Origin: Candidatus Saccharimonadia bacterium
GTDB taxonomy: Bacteria; Patescibacteriota; Saccharimonadia; UBA4664
NCBI GenBank assembly: GCA_038245115.1
Contig: JBBRSS010000001.1
Coordinates: forward strand, 25,234-89,233
Direction of reading: 5' to 3'
DNA: 64,000 nt
How positions within the stretch are numbered: the stretch's first letter is position 1; each line of letters opens with the position of its first letter. The notes beneath the pieces were generated by a model. The model had not been told where the DNA came from. It was given only the letters and a program-made list of their open reading frames with translations, and searched no databases. The position numbers were made by a program, and so were the translations under genes. Positions 18,623 to 28,396 of the stretch are shown one piece after another.

Positions 18623-21600
18623 GTGCGAGTAGAGCCCGCCCAACAACCTCCCGCAACCGCCCCGGCCCTCCAGGTCGCCGAGCTGAACCAACTCATACTC
18701 GAGCTTGGCTCGTCTAAAACTTCGGCCAATTATCTCGAACATGCCTGCAAAGCCATCCATCAGGCGCTCGATACACCAGTAACCGGTTTTTTGCTCGCCT
18801 CCGCTAGCACTCCACGAATTTTCGTCGAGCAGACTCTACCGGTCGAGTTGCGCGGCACCATCGAATACCCCGACAAACTAAGCCCGACTACAAAATCATC
18901 CAGATGGGACCACACTGCCTCGGTACTCGCTGCTACCAGATTAATCCCCGGGCAGCCGCAGCTGCACCTACTGGAATGGCACGGGGACGCTCTTGGAGCC
19001 CTGGTGATTTGGGGACAACCGGCTTATACGGCCGAGTTTAAAGCCAACCAAACATTCTTGCTCGAGCGAATAGCTGTCAGCATAAAATCGCTCTCTCTAG
19101 CCGAATCTGCCAATATCAATCTCTCCAAGGTTATTGCGCTAGAAAAGATCACTCAAGAGATCACTCGAACCCTAGATTTTGACAAGATATCGTCCACAGT
19201 GCTCAAACAAGCTCAGAAGTTTTTTAAAGTCGATGCCAGTGCTTTGGCCCTTGCTTCCGAAAACAATCACGAATATTACTTCGATCAATCGATAGGCCTA
19301 TCCCCGGAATACTCGTCTAAACTCCGAATTCAACCGGGTTCCAAACTTTTTAAACGCCTAATTGATGCCGACGGTCCGATTGAAATTATTTCTAACGGCA
19401 AAGCCATCCTATCGGGCGATCCCGATCTTGTCCTGCAAGAGGGCGTCAAGACCAGCCTGCTAGCGCCAATATTTTCCGAAGACAAGCTGGTTGGCGCGCT
19501 CGTACTAATCTCCAAAACCCCACGAGACTTTACCCCCGCCGAATTCGGCTTCTGCCAGACTCTCGCCAAATACGCCGCCATCGCTTTAACCAACTCAAAA
19601 CTCCATGCGAACTTGCGCAGGGCATCAAAGGAGATTGAGCAAACGCGCAACCTTATGCGCGACGGACTACTGGTCTTTGACCTTGAGCGGCGCCTGAATT
19701 ATTTCAATGCCGCTGCGGGTTCTGTGCTCGGGCTCAAAGAAGAACACCTCATGAATCCGTTTCCCTCTGAGTCTGTTCAGGGAATCCCAGGGTTAAAGCT
19801 AGATACCCAAGAACTTGAGCATACTATCGAAACCGCCATGGGAGGCCTCGTAAGCCGCACCCAGTTTTCGGTCGAGAATCATGACATTTATTACTACGAG
19901 GCTATCTATTCGCCGTACCGAGACGAAAACGGCGTCTTGACGGGGGTATTAATGAATATTCGCGACATCACCGCCATCTACCTCGAAAGAGAAAAACTTC
20001 AAGCCATCCAGAATGGCATTTCAGACGGCATCATTATCGTCGGACGAGACGGCAATACCATTGAGCACAACAATGAATGGATGCAGCTATTTAACCAGCA
20101 AGAAGAAATTATCGACCAGCCATTCTTCGAACAACTTGCCACCCGCAAAAATTTTACTTTCGACCATGATCCTATCGAACTCATCCAAGATGCCCTTAGA
20201 GGCCGCAGTTTACCGTGCTACGCGCACGACATCGAACACGGACGCCACATCCAAATCTCCGTGAACCCAATTATGGTTGGCGGGCATGTCACCGGCGCGG
20301 TCGCCACGGCCAAAGACATTACATCGCTGGTAGAAAAAACCGTCGAATCCAACGAGATGGCCGCCAAGGCCCACCGCCACCTCAGGGAGCTCTCTCAGCT
20401 CGCCGAACTCTCCGGAATAGTCGGCTTCAATGTTGCCAGCATTTATCAAAAATATCTCTCCAAAACCTCATCCTTGCTGGAATCAGCCTCAGTTAGTCTG
20501 TACCTGTATAACCCCGTCAAGCAGCTCCTCGTCCAGGATCAAGCGACCAATCCCGACCCCAGCGACACGGCTACGCTCGAACTTGGCTCAAAACATCTTG
20601 TCGCCAGAGCGTTTACTACTCGCCAATCCATATCCATCCAGGGACAAAATAATCAGAAGCAATATCGACTTGCACTGCCTATCACCCACCACTCCAAAAC
20701 CCTAGGCGTATTGCTCGTTGGACGAACCAGTGGTGCCTACGGCGAACACGAAGCCCAACTCTTGCGCATGGTCGCCACCAGGCTAGCCGTCCTCGTTGAA
20801 AATGCCAGCCTCTACCACGACGTTAACGCCCGCCGTGAGCGTTGGGAAGCGGTCTTTAGGTTTACCGAAGAGGGGATTGTGGTGTTCGATCGCTCAGGTA
20901 CCATCGTTGGGTTCAATCCTGCCTGTATCCAAATTACTCAATACAATCCCTCCGAAGCCATCGGTGAGCCCTTCAACCGCATCATCAAAACCATTGGTCC
21001 CGATACCATTAGCGGTAATAATATTGGTCCCATCGAACGCGTTCTCGAAGAAGGCGTCACCATCGCCAAGAGCGAACAGCTCATCGAGAACCGCGGCGGT
21101 ACCAGAGTTTGGACCGAAATCAGCTACTCTCCGATATTCAATGATGCCGGCCGCGTAACCTCAGGTATCGCTATTATCCGCAATACGACCAAAGACCGCG
21201 AAGTCGAAGAAATCAAAAGCGACTTCATTTCGATTGTCTCCCATGAGCTGCGAACCCCCCTTACCGCCATCAAGGGCTTCCTTTCGATGACTCTCAAACA
21301 CGATTTTGGTGCCCTCAATGAAAAACAATTCCACTACCTCAGTCGAGTGTACCAGTCAAACCAACGTATGATCGACCTCGTTGAAGACCTCATGGATGCA
21401 ACCTACATTGAATCCGGCAAAATTACCCTCACAATTGCTCCCGTCGCCCTCGACAGTGTGGTGTCTAACGTTATTGCCGAAGTTGCCGCCAAAGGTGCTG
21501 CCAGCCAAATACTCATCAAGGTCCGCCGCCGACAACGTCTTCCGCTGGTGCTTGCCGACGAAACCCGGCTGCATCAGATAATTCTCAACCTCATCGATAA

Positions 21601-21913
21601 CGCCATCAAATACTCCATGCCGGGAACCGAAGTTATCGTGAGCTTCCGAACGCAAAACGACGAGCTCATTACAACCATTTCGGATCACGGTGTTGGCATT
21701 GGTAAAAGTCAGATCGAACGCCTGTTCACCAAGTTCGGGCGCATCTTCAACCCGCTCAGTGTTCAGGCGGGCGGTACCGGCCTTGGACTCTACATCGTCA
21801 AGAACCTAGTGGAGGCGCACGACGGCCGCATTTGGGTTACCAGCCAAGAGGGCAAGGGCAGTAAATTCAACTTCAGTCTACCCATTGCTAAGCAATTACC
21901 ACTTATCGAGTAG
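18623..21913 (+). CDS. large multi-GAF/PAS sensor histidine kinase (1096 aa)
   Basis: The C-terminal HisKA H-box FISIVSHELRTPLTAIKGF, N-box DNAIKYS and G-box GTGLGLYIV are present, along with several GAF/PAS-like modules. It has a GTG start. Confidence 0.8.
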   Translation: MRVEPAQQPPATAPALQVAELNQLILELGSSKTSANYLEHACKAIHQALDTPVTGFLLASASTPRIFVEQTLPVELRGTIEYPDKLSPTTKSSRWDHTASVLAATRLIPGQPQLHLLEWHGDALGALVIWGQPAYTAEFKANQTFLLERIAVSIKSLSLAESANINLSKVIALEKITQEITRTLDFDKISSTVLKQAQKFFKVDASALALASENNHEYYFDQSIGLSPEYSSKLRIQPGSKLFKRLIDADGPIEIISNGKAILSGDPDLVLQEGVKTSLLAPIFSEDKLVGALVLISKTPRDFTPAEFGFCQTLAKYAAIALTNSKLHANLRRASKEIEQTRNLMRDGLLVFDLERRLNYFNAAAGSVLGLKEEHLMNPFPSESVQGIPGLKLDTQELEHTIETAMGGLVSRTQFSVENHDIYYYEAIYSPYRDENGVLTGVLMNIRDITAIYLEREKLQAIQNGISDGIIIVGRDGNTIEHNNEWMQLFNQQEEIIDQPFFEQLATRKNFTFDHDPIELIQDALRGRSLPCYAHDIEHGRHIQISVNPIMVGGHVTGAVATAKDITSLVEKTVESNEMAAKAHRHLRELSQLAELSGIVGFNVASIYQKYLSKTSSLLESASVSLYLYNPVKQLLVQDQATNPDPSDTATLELGSKHLVARAFTTRQSISIQGQNNQKQYRLALPITHHSKTLGVLLVGRTSGAYGEHEAQLLRMVATRLAVLVENASLYHDVNARRERWEAVFRFTEEGIVVFDRSGTIVGFNPACIQITQYNPSEAIGEPFNRIIKTIGPDTISGNNIGPIERVLEEGVTIAKSEQLIENRGGTRVWTEISYSPIFNDAGRVTSGIAIIRNTTKDREVEEIKSDFISIVSHELRTPLTAIKGFLSMTLKHDFGALNEKQFHYLSRVYQSNQRMIDLVEDLMDATYIESGKITLTIAPVALDSVVSNVIAEVAAKGAASQILIKVRRRQRLPLVLADETRLHQIILNLIDNAIKYSMPGTEVIVSFRTQNDELITTISDHGVGIGKSQIERLFTKFGRIFNPLSVQAGGTGLGLYIVKNLVEAHDGRIWVTSQEGKGSKFNFSLPIAKQLPLIE

Positions 21914-21960
21914 CCTCATGGCCACAGTTTTGCTAAACTAACTAAATAGAGGAACCCAAT

Positions 21961-22368
21961 ATGGCAAAAATATTACTGGTCGAAGACGACACTATCCTGG
22001 TTGAGATGTATCAAGCCAAATTTGAGCTCGAAGGCCATCAGGTTTCCGTGGCTACCAATGGCGAAGAATGCCTCAACTTGCTCAAAGATTTCCAGCCCGA
22101 ACTAATTCTGCTCGATATTCTAATGCCCAAACTCAACGGCTTTCACGTCCTAAAGGAAATTAAGAAACAACCCGAGCTCCGCCAAATTCCGGTAATTCTA
22201 CTAACCAATCTAGGCCAAGCCGAGGTTGATATGAATCAAGAACTGGCTAAAGCCCTGGGTGTGAGCGATTATCTCATTAAGAGCCACCACACCCCCGACG
22301 AAGTTGTCCAAAAGGCCGTTAAGGTCCTTGGTACCTCGGGCCACAAACCCGCACCCACCGAAAAATAA
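21961..22368 (+). CDS. single-domain response regulator (receiver only), paralog of 11748..12149
   Basis: KILLVEDD, LILLDILMP and LIKS motifs are present. It lies directly downstream of the histidine kinase. Confidence 0.8.
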   Translation: MAKILLVEDDTILVEMYQAKFELEGHQVSVATNGEECLNLLKDFQPELILLDILMPKLNGFHVLKEIKKQPELRQIPVILLTNLGQAEVDMNQELAKALGVSDYLIKSHHTPDEVVQKAVKVLGTSGHKPAPTEK

Positions 22369-22404
22369 CCGTCCGTCTAAGCGAGAGCTGACAAAGAATC
22401 GATT

Positions 22405-22842
22405 ATGATAATTGATCCTCGCCTCAATGAGATCAGAGACTGCCTTTACCGGGTATCCATAAACGCTGTTATAGTAATCGACAAGAAAATCCTGTTAGTC
22501 CGGGAGCATAATGACAGATGGTGGGGATTACCCGGCGGAGGGATTGAGCATGGCGAAAATATTTCTCAAGCGTTAATCCGTGAACTTACTGAAGAGCTGG
22601 GCGCAGATTCCGAGTTTATTCGAGCGGATGAAGACGTCCTGTTCGTCACAATAGGTGAGATAGCCGCTGGAATCCCAATAGCCAACCTTTTTTCTCGCGC
22701 CTATGTTCGCGCCGACAAAATAACAGCCACCCGGCACGTAGTTGAATCGCGCTGGTTCGGTGCTTACGAGCTCAATGAGCTAAAAATGAGCCCGACCGGA
22801 AACAGCATAAAAACGCGCCTCTCCGAAATCATCCTGGCTTAA
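22405..22842 (+). CDS. NUDIX hydrolase
   Basis: The Nudix box [26 protein letters not shown] is present. Confidence 0.8.
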   Translation: MIIDPRLNEIRDCLYRVSINAVIVIDKKILLVREHNDRWWGLPGGGIEHGENISQALIRELTEELGADSEFIRADEDVLFVTIGEIAAGIPIANLFSRAYVRADKITATRHVVESRWFGAYELNELKMSPTGNSIKTRLSEIILA

Positions 22843-22875
22843 CCGCACCAAACGGCAGATTAAATAGGGGTCCAA

Positions 22876-23619
22876 GTGCCCAGCAAACCCTCGTATAAAA
22901 CCAATGCCATCGTCATCGGCCGCGTCAACTTTGGCGAAGCCGATAGGGTAGTGCGATTTCTGACCCCAGAACACGGCAAACTCGCCGCTGTCGCCAAAGG
23001 CGTAAGACGCATCAAATCCCGCTTCGGCGGCCACCTAGAGCTATTCGGCGAGGTCGAGCTCATGCTCACAAAGGGCCGCAACCTCGATACTATTACTTCG
23101 GCCCGCCTCATCTGGTACCCAAATAGTATCGCCAGCAATTATGACCACCTGGGCCTGGCCTTTCTAATCGCCAAGGCCGTTGATAGGCTCACCGAGCCAG
23201 ACCATCCCGCCGCCGCGCTCTACGCCATGGTCCGTGAAGCCTTTGGTGCTCTCGATGCCGGCGCCGGCGGAGTACTCTTTGAACTGTGGTTCAAACTCCG
23301 CCTCCTCGAAACCCTTGGCTACCGACCCGAGCTTGGCAGTTGCATGAATTGCGGCCAAAACTCAGCGGATTGCGCCTATCTCTTCAGCGCCGAACGCGGT
23401 GGCATCGTCTGTGCCGCCGATTCTCGCCCCTTGGACGCCCCAATATCTGCCCTTCAGATCAAGTTCTGGCGCTTGCTTTGTGATTACCCTTATGTCACAA
23501 TATCCCACATTGCCGACGCCATCACCTTGGCCAAAGAGACCCTCCCATTGTGCGATGGTTTTTACGAACACCACCTCGGCAGCCAATTCAGACCAACCCT
23601 TACCGGAGACTCAGCGTGA
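22876..23619 (+). CDS. recO: DNA repair protein RecO
   Basis: The N-terminal OB-fold (AIVIGRVNFGEADRVVRFLT) and C-terminal zinc-finger cysteines (CMNCGQ...CAAD) are present. Confidence 0.75.
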   Translation: MPSKPSYKTNAIVIGRVNFGEADRVVRFLTPEHGKLAAVAKGVRRIKSRFGGHLELFGEVELMLTKGRNLDTITSARLIWYPNSIASNYDHLGLAFLIAKAVDRLTEPDHPAAALYAMVREAFGALDAGAGGVLFELWFKLRLLETLGYRPELGSCMNCGQNSADCAYLFSAERGGIVCAADSRPLDAPISALQIKFWRLLCDYPYVTISHIADAITLAKETLPLCDGFYEHHLGSQFRPTLTGDSA

Positions 23620-23918
23620 ACCCCGCCTCTGAACTCAGCTGGAAGCTCGAAGACTACGTTGCTGCCGGCAGCGAACCGCCTGCGCGCATCACCGATAACC
23701 CCGGTCAGACCGAGGGCGAAATGATGACCGACGACGAGCTCGAACAGTACCTCAAAGATTCAATTGCAACCTGCCGGATATTACTCGATAAACGCTCCCC
23801 ACGCTACGAATTGATTGTTGCAGGGTACGTAGCCGACCTCACATACCTATTAAGCCTTGGACGAATTACCGAGGACGATTATAATGAGCTCACCGAGCCG
23901 GATAACATCAGGTTCTAG
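23616..23918 (+). CDS. small acidic hypothetical protein
   Basis: An in-frame GTG overlaps the recO stop (GTGA). It is acidic and has no recognised domain. The start is uncertain (ATG 23721 is an alternative). Confidence 0.35.
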   Translation: MNPASELSWKLEDYVAAGSEPPARITDNPGQTEGEMMTDDELEQYLKDSIATCRILLDKRSPRYELIVAGYVADLTYLLSLGRITEDDYNELTEPDNIRF

Positions 23919-23927
23919 AAAGAATAT

Positions 23928-25304
23928 ATGGCAACTTCGCCCTCAGCTTCGACTTCACCATCAATGGAAACCCTAGTATCGCTCGCTAAGCGGCGCGGTT
24001 TTGTGTTCCAATCTTCCGAAATCTACGGCGGCCTCGCCGGTTTCTGGGATTACGGCCCTTACGGAACCGAAATGGCCAAGAACATCAGAGACGCCTGGTG
24101 GAAGCATTTTGTGTACCAGCACCCAAACATCGTGGGCCTCGACAGCACGATTATCCAAAATCCCAAGCTCTGGAAAGCCAGCGGTCACGTCGATACTTTC
24201 GTGGACCCAATGGTTGACTGTAAATTCTGCCAGCATCGTTTCCGCGCCGATCATCTCACCGACTTCGAAACCAAAGATCTCACCGAATATGACGCCGCCC
24301 TAATCAAGGTTAAATGTCCCCACTGTGGCAAAACTGGCGGCTTCACCGAGGCCAAACAATTCAATATGATGTTCAAAACCTATGTTGGCCCTGTGACCAC
24401 CGAGGACAACGTCGCATATCTGCGGCCCGAAACTGCCGGCGGCATCTTCGCCCAGTTCCAGAATGTCCTCGAAACATCCCGCCAACGTATTCCCTTTGGT
24501 ATCGCCCAGATCGGCAAAGCCTTCCGCAACGAGATTACTCCCGGCGATTTCATTTTCCGCGTGCGAGAACTCGAACAAATGGAGCTCGAGTATTTCGTTA
24601 GCCCGGATGACGGCCACACCCAACACCAAACCTGGATCAAAATCTGCCACAATTGGCTGCAAAGTATCGGCCTACCCAAGGACAAGCTCAAACTCTACGA
24701 GCACGGTCCCGACGAACGCGCCCACTACGCCGCCGCCAGTATCGATATCCAATACGACTACCCCATGGGCTTCAAGGAGCTCTATGGCGTGGCTTACCGC
24801 ACCGACTACGACCTAACCGTCCAAAGCAAGGGTAGCGGCAAAGATCTCAGCTACTTTGACGAACCCACCAAATCACGCTTCATGCCCCATGTTATTGAGC
24901 CCTCGGTTGGCGTCGGCCGACTGCTGCTAGCCCTCATGCACGCCGCCTATCACGAAGAAGACGTCGCCGGAGAAAAGCGGGTAGTCCTCAAGTTCCGTCC
25001 AGAAATTGCCCCTGTTAAGGTCGCCATTTTGCCGCTCTCGAAAAACGAAAAACTAGCCCCGATTGCCCGCTCAATATTCGATCAACTGGCCGGGTCTTAC
25101 CGCGTAGAATACGACGAGACTCAATCCATCGGCCGTCGCTACCGCCGCCAAGATGAAATCGGCACCCCGCTATGCGTCACCATCGACTTCGACACCCTCG
25201 AGGACAAAGCCGTTACCATTCGACATCGCGACACCATGAAGCAGACCCGTGTCGCCATCACCGACCTATCAACCGAAATCGATAAGCTTCTTAAGGCATT
25301 CTAA
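23928..25304 (+). CDS. glyQS: glycine--tRNA ligase, dimeric (alpha2) archaeal/eukaryal type
   Basis: SLAKRRGFVFQSSEIYGGLAGFWDYGPYG is present, and the class II motifs are present. Confidence 0.9.
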   Translation: MATSPSASTSPSMETLVSLAKRRGFVFQSSEIYGGLAGFWDYGPYGTEMAKNIRDAWWKHFVYQHPNIVGLDSTIIQNPKLWKASGHVDTFVDPMVDCKFCQHRFRADHLTDFETKDLTEYDAALIKVKCPHCGKTGGFTEAKQFNMMFKTYVGPVTTEDNVAYLRPETAGGIFAQFQNVLETSRQRIPFGIAQIGKAFRNEITPGDFIFRVRELEQMELEYFVSPDDGHTQHQTWIKICHNWLQSIGLPKDKLKLYEHGPDERAHYAAASIDIQYDYPMGFKELYGVAYRTDYDLTVQSKGSGKDLSYFDEPTKSRFMPHVIEPSVGVGRLLLALMHAAYHEEDVAGEKRVVLKFRPEIAPVKVAILPLSKNEKLAPIARSIFDQLAGSYRVEYDETQSIGRRYRRQDEIGTPLCVTIDFDTLEDKAVTIRHRDTMKQTRVAITDLSTEIDKLLKAF

Positions 25305-25308
25305 ACTC

Positions 25309-26307
25309 ATGCCAACTGTTACCGGACCAAAAGTTGTTGTCATCGGCGGAGGAACAGGCACGTTTACCATCCTCACCGCGCTCAAATTCTATGCTCGAGA
25401 CATCACCGCCATCGTCAATATGTCTGACGACGGCGGCTCCACCGGCATCCTGCGCGACGAACTGGGCGCCCTGCCGCCCGGAGACGTTCGGCAGTGCCTT
25501 GTAGCGTTGAGTGAATCAGACCAAAAAATGCGCGACCTCTTCAACTACCGCTTCGACGAAGGCACGCTCGCCGGCCACTCATTTGGCAATATCTTTCTCA
25601 CCGCTCTCGAAAAAACCACCGGCAGTTTCGCTGATGCCGTTAAAACCGCCGGCGATATTCTCAATATCTCCGGACACGTCGTACCAGTAACACTCACGGA
25701 CAGCAAACTAATCCACACTCACACCGATGGCACTACTACCACCGGCCAACACGCCATCGAAACCAGTCGGTTCAAGACCAAAGACCGTCCGGCTCTTTCA
25801 CTCGAGCCCCATGCCGAACTCAACCCCGAAGCCAAGTCCGCCATCGAAAACGCCGATATCGTCGTCATCGCTCCGGGAAACCTCTACGCGTCGCTCGCGC
25901 CCACATTACTCGTCGGCGGCATGAGCGAGGCTTTAGCTGCCGCCAAAGCCAAAGTCATCTATGTCTGTAATCTCGTCACCAAACCCGGCCAAACCGACGG
26001 TTTCAAGGTGCACGATTACGTCAGCGAAATCGAACGTTTCATGGGCACGAAACTGGTCGATTACGTTATTTACAACCAGCGCCAACCTACCAAAGCGCTG
26101 CTCAAGAAATATGCCCAAGCAGGGGAGTACGCCGTCGAATTCGACTCCAGCGCTGCTGCTGCCGCCCACTACGAAACCATCGGTGAAAGCCTGCTGTCAG
26201 ATACCATCCCCAAGCTCAAACCCTCCGAGAGGCTCATTCCACGCACCCTGATTCGCCACGATTCTGACACCGTTGCCCGATTAATAATGAGGATATACTT
26301 CAGCTAA
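25309..26307 (+). CDS. YvcK/CofD-like family protein (gluconeogenesis factor-like, UPF0052)
   Basis: VVVIGGGTGTFTIL, SDDGGSTGILRDELGALPPGDVRQCL are present. The start was chosen at ATG 25309. Confidence 0.75.
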   Translation: MPTVTGPKVVVIGGGTGTFTILTALKFYARDITAIVNMSDDGGSTGILRDELGALPPGDVRQCLVALSESDQKMRDLFNYRFDEGTLAGHSFGNIFLTALEKTTGSFADAVKTAGDILNISGHVVPVTLTDSKLIHTHTDGTTTTGQHAIETSRFKTKDRPALSLEPHAELNPEAKSAIENADIVVIAPGNLYASLAPTLLVGGMSEALAAAKAKVIYVCNLVTKPGQTDGFKVHDYVSEIERFMGTKLVDYVIYNQRQPTKALLKKYAQAGEYAVEFDSSAAAAAHYETIGESLLSDTIPKLKPSERLIPRTLIRHDSDTVARLIMRIYFS

Positions 26308-27158
26308 TGAAACCTACTACTGCCGTCATTTTTGCCGCCGGCACCGGCACCCGCATGCTCCCAATTACCGCTGTCATCCAAAAAGAAATGCTGCCCATCT
26401 TAAATCGACCCGTAATTGACTACATTGTCTCGGACCTTGTTACTGCCGGCATTAAGCGCATTATCTTCGTGATTCGGCCCGGCCAACTCTCGCTCCGGCA
26501 GTTCTACCAGGGCAACCCCGGCTTCGAGCTAGCCCTCCAGCGCCAAAACAAGGTCAAATCACTCGAGCTCCTCGATTCAGTCCACCATCAAGCGGTTTTT
26601 GAATTCGTCGAGCAACCACCGGACGCCGGTTATGGCACAGCTATCCCTTTGATTACCGCGCTTCCGCTGCTTGACCCCGCGGAACCGGTAATAGTGTGTG
26701 GTGGCGACGATTTCGTCTGGCGCGCCGATGGTGGCTCGGAGTTCGCAGATTTCATCGATACCTTCCAGGCGAGCGGGGGAGAGAGCGCTATTATGTCGCT
26801 TGAACTCCCAACCGATCAACTCTCCCAATATGGTGTCATGTCGATCGAAAACCGAGGCGCCTATCAATACTTGACGGATATCATCGAAAAACCCGCCGCA
26901 GGGTCTGCCCCCACTAACCTTGTTAATATCTCAAAATATATCTTAAGTGGAACTCTAAGAGAGTACGTCAAAGATGTAAAACCCCAGCCCGACTCCAAAG
27001 AGTACTACATATTAGACGCCATATTGGCCGGCGCCAAAGCCCATGGCGTAGTAGTCCACACCGTCTCTGGCGAGTATTTAGATACCGGCAACCCGGCCAA
27101 CTGGCTCAAAGCCAACCAGGTCGTAGCCGATACAATTAATCGTAAATTATCGAAATAG
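26307..27158 (+). CDS. galU: UTP--glucose-1-phosphate uridylyltransferase-like nucleotidyltransferase
   Basis: AVIFAAGTGTRMLPITAVIQKEMLPI is an NTP_transferase N-terminus. There is a 1-nt overlap with the upstream gene. Confidence 0.7.
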   Translation: MKPTTAVIFAAGTGTRMLPITAVIQKEMLPILNRPVIDYIVSDLVTAGIKRIIFVIRPGQLSLRQFYQGNPGFELALQRQNKVKSLELLDSVHHQAVFEFVEQPPDAGYGTAIPLITALPLLDPAEPVIVCGGDDFVWRADGGSEFADFIDTFQASGGESAIMSLELPTDQLSQYGVMSIENRGAYQYLTDIIEKPAAGSAPTNLVNISKYILSGTLREYVKDVKPQPDSKEYYILDAILAGAKAHGVVVHTVSGEYLDTGNPANWLKANQVVADTINRKLSK

Positions 27159-27249
27159 AATTATTACCCTTTACAACAGCGTAATAATGTTATAATATAA
27201 TGCGACATGTTAACTAGCAGCATCAAACCTCTCGGTAGGAGATTGTGCG

Positions 27250-27278
27250 TTGACACTCCAGATGAGATGTTTTATAAT
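27250..27278 (+). promoter_or_regulatory. consensus sigma70-type promoter (TTGACA-17-TATAAT), leaderless configuration
   Basis: A perfect TTGACA -35 hexamer, a 17-nt spacer and a perfect TATAAT -10 hexamer are present. The -10 ends 8 nt before ATG 27287 and there is no SD. Confidence 0.6.
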
Positions 27279-27286
27279 TTTTAACA

Positions 27287-28321
27287 ATGATTAACGCTAT
27301 GACAGCCAAAACCCCCACAACCTACAATTACAAATCCGCCGTCGAACAAATCCTTAAGGAATTGCGACGCGATCGTGATCGCCAAATTATCGCTCGGCGG
27401 TTTGGCTTTGGCATGCCGCGCCGCCAAACTCTCGAAAAGATCGGTAACGATTTCGAAATTACGCGCGAACGTGTCCGCCAAATCGAAAAAGCTGCCATCG
27501 CCAAAATGCGCGCCAGCAACTCCGCCGACATCGTAACCGGCGGAGAAACTTTGCGAGCTATTGCCGCTGATCAAGGGGGGATTCTGCCAATTGCCGATGT
27601 CGCAGAAATGCTAAGTGCTCCCGAGGCCGACATTCCCTATCTTGTATTTCTAGCCCGACTTGCCGGCAGCGTTGAGTTAATTGAAGACGACGATGATGTG
27701 CGCCAAGCCATTGGCCTCGCCGGTATTTTTTCTCGCCCCCAAGTCAACCTACTGCTCGCCGAAATCATTAAATCCGTCAAAGACTACTCCAAGCCCATCA
27801 CTCTCGCCAAGCTCAAGGTCAAGCTGCCGTCCGAACTGGATGTTATTACCCTTGAGCAACTTATGCGTATTTCAAAAAAATTAGCCTACTTTGACGGCAA
27901 ATGGGGTCTTATCACCTGGCCCGAGGTCAACCCCAAGAGCATCCGCGACAAAACTTATCTGGTACTATCACGCCACGGGCGCCCGCTGCACTTTTCCGAA
28001 ATCGCCAAGCACGTTCGAAGCCTCGGCGCTACCAAACGCAACGTCACCATTCAAGCCGTCCACAATGAGCTCATCAAAGACCAGCGTTTCATCCTTATCG
28101 GTCGCGGCATCTACGCTCTCGCCGAATGGGGTTATACCCCCGGTACAGTTGCCGAAATTATCGCCAGTGTCTTGCGCGAAGAGCAGCCGTTGCACAAGGA
28201 TGAAATCGTTCGTCGCGTGCTTATGAAGCGCCAAGTTAAAACAACCACCATCATTTTGAATCTCCAAGAAAAAGACCAATTCCAGCGTACCGCCAAAGCC
28301 ACTTACAAGCTTAAGGATTAA
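27287..28321 (+). CDS. DNA-binding protein: N-terminal sigma-70 region 4-like HTH followed by two HARE-HTH-like winged-helix repeats
   Basis: A region 4.2-like segment (IARRFGFGMPRRQTLEKIGNDFEITRERVRQIEKAAIAKMR) is followed by two repeats ending FDGKWGLITW and QRFILIGRGIYALAEWGY, the pattern of HARE-HTH/RNAP delta N-domain. Confidence 0.55.
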   Translation: MINAMTAKTPTTYNYKSAVEQILKELRRDRDRQIIARRFGFGMPRRQTLEKIGNDFEITRERVRQIEKAAIAKMRASNSADIVTGGETLRAIAADQGGILPIADVAEMLSAPEADIPYLVFLARLAGSVELIEDDDDVRQAIGLAGIFSRPQVNLLLAEIIKSVKDYSKPITLAKLKVKLPSELDVITLEQLMRISKKLAYFDGKWGLITWPEVNPKSIRDKTYLVLSRHGRPLHFSEIAKHVRSLGATKRNVTIQAVHNELIKDQRFILIGRGIYALAEWGYTPGTVAEIIASVLREEQPLHKDEIVRRVLMKRQVKTTTIILNLQEKDQFQRTAKATYKLKD

Positions 28322-28396
28322 GGCATAAAATAGGGACAGAACGCGCGCGGGGGTAGTTCAAGGAGGGCTTGAAACATTCAGACAATTACAACTATT

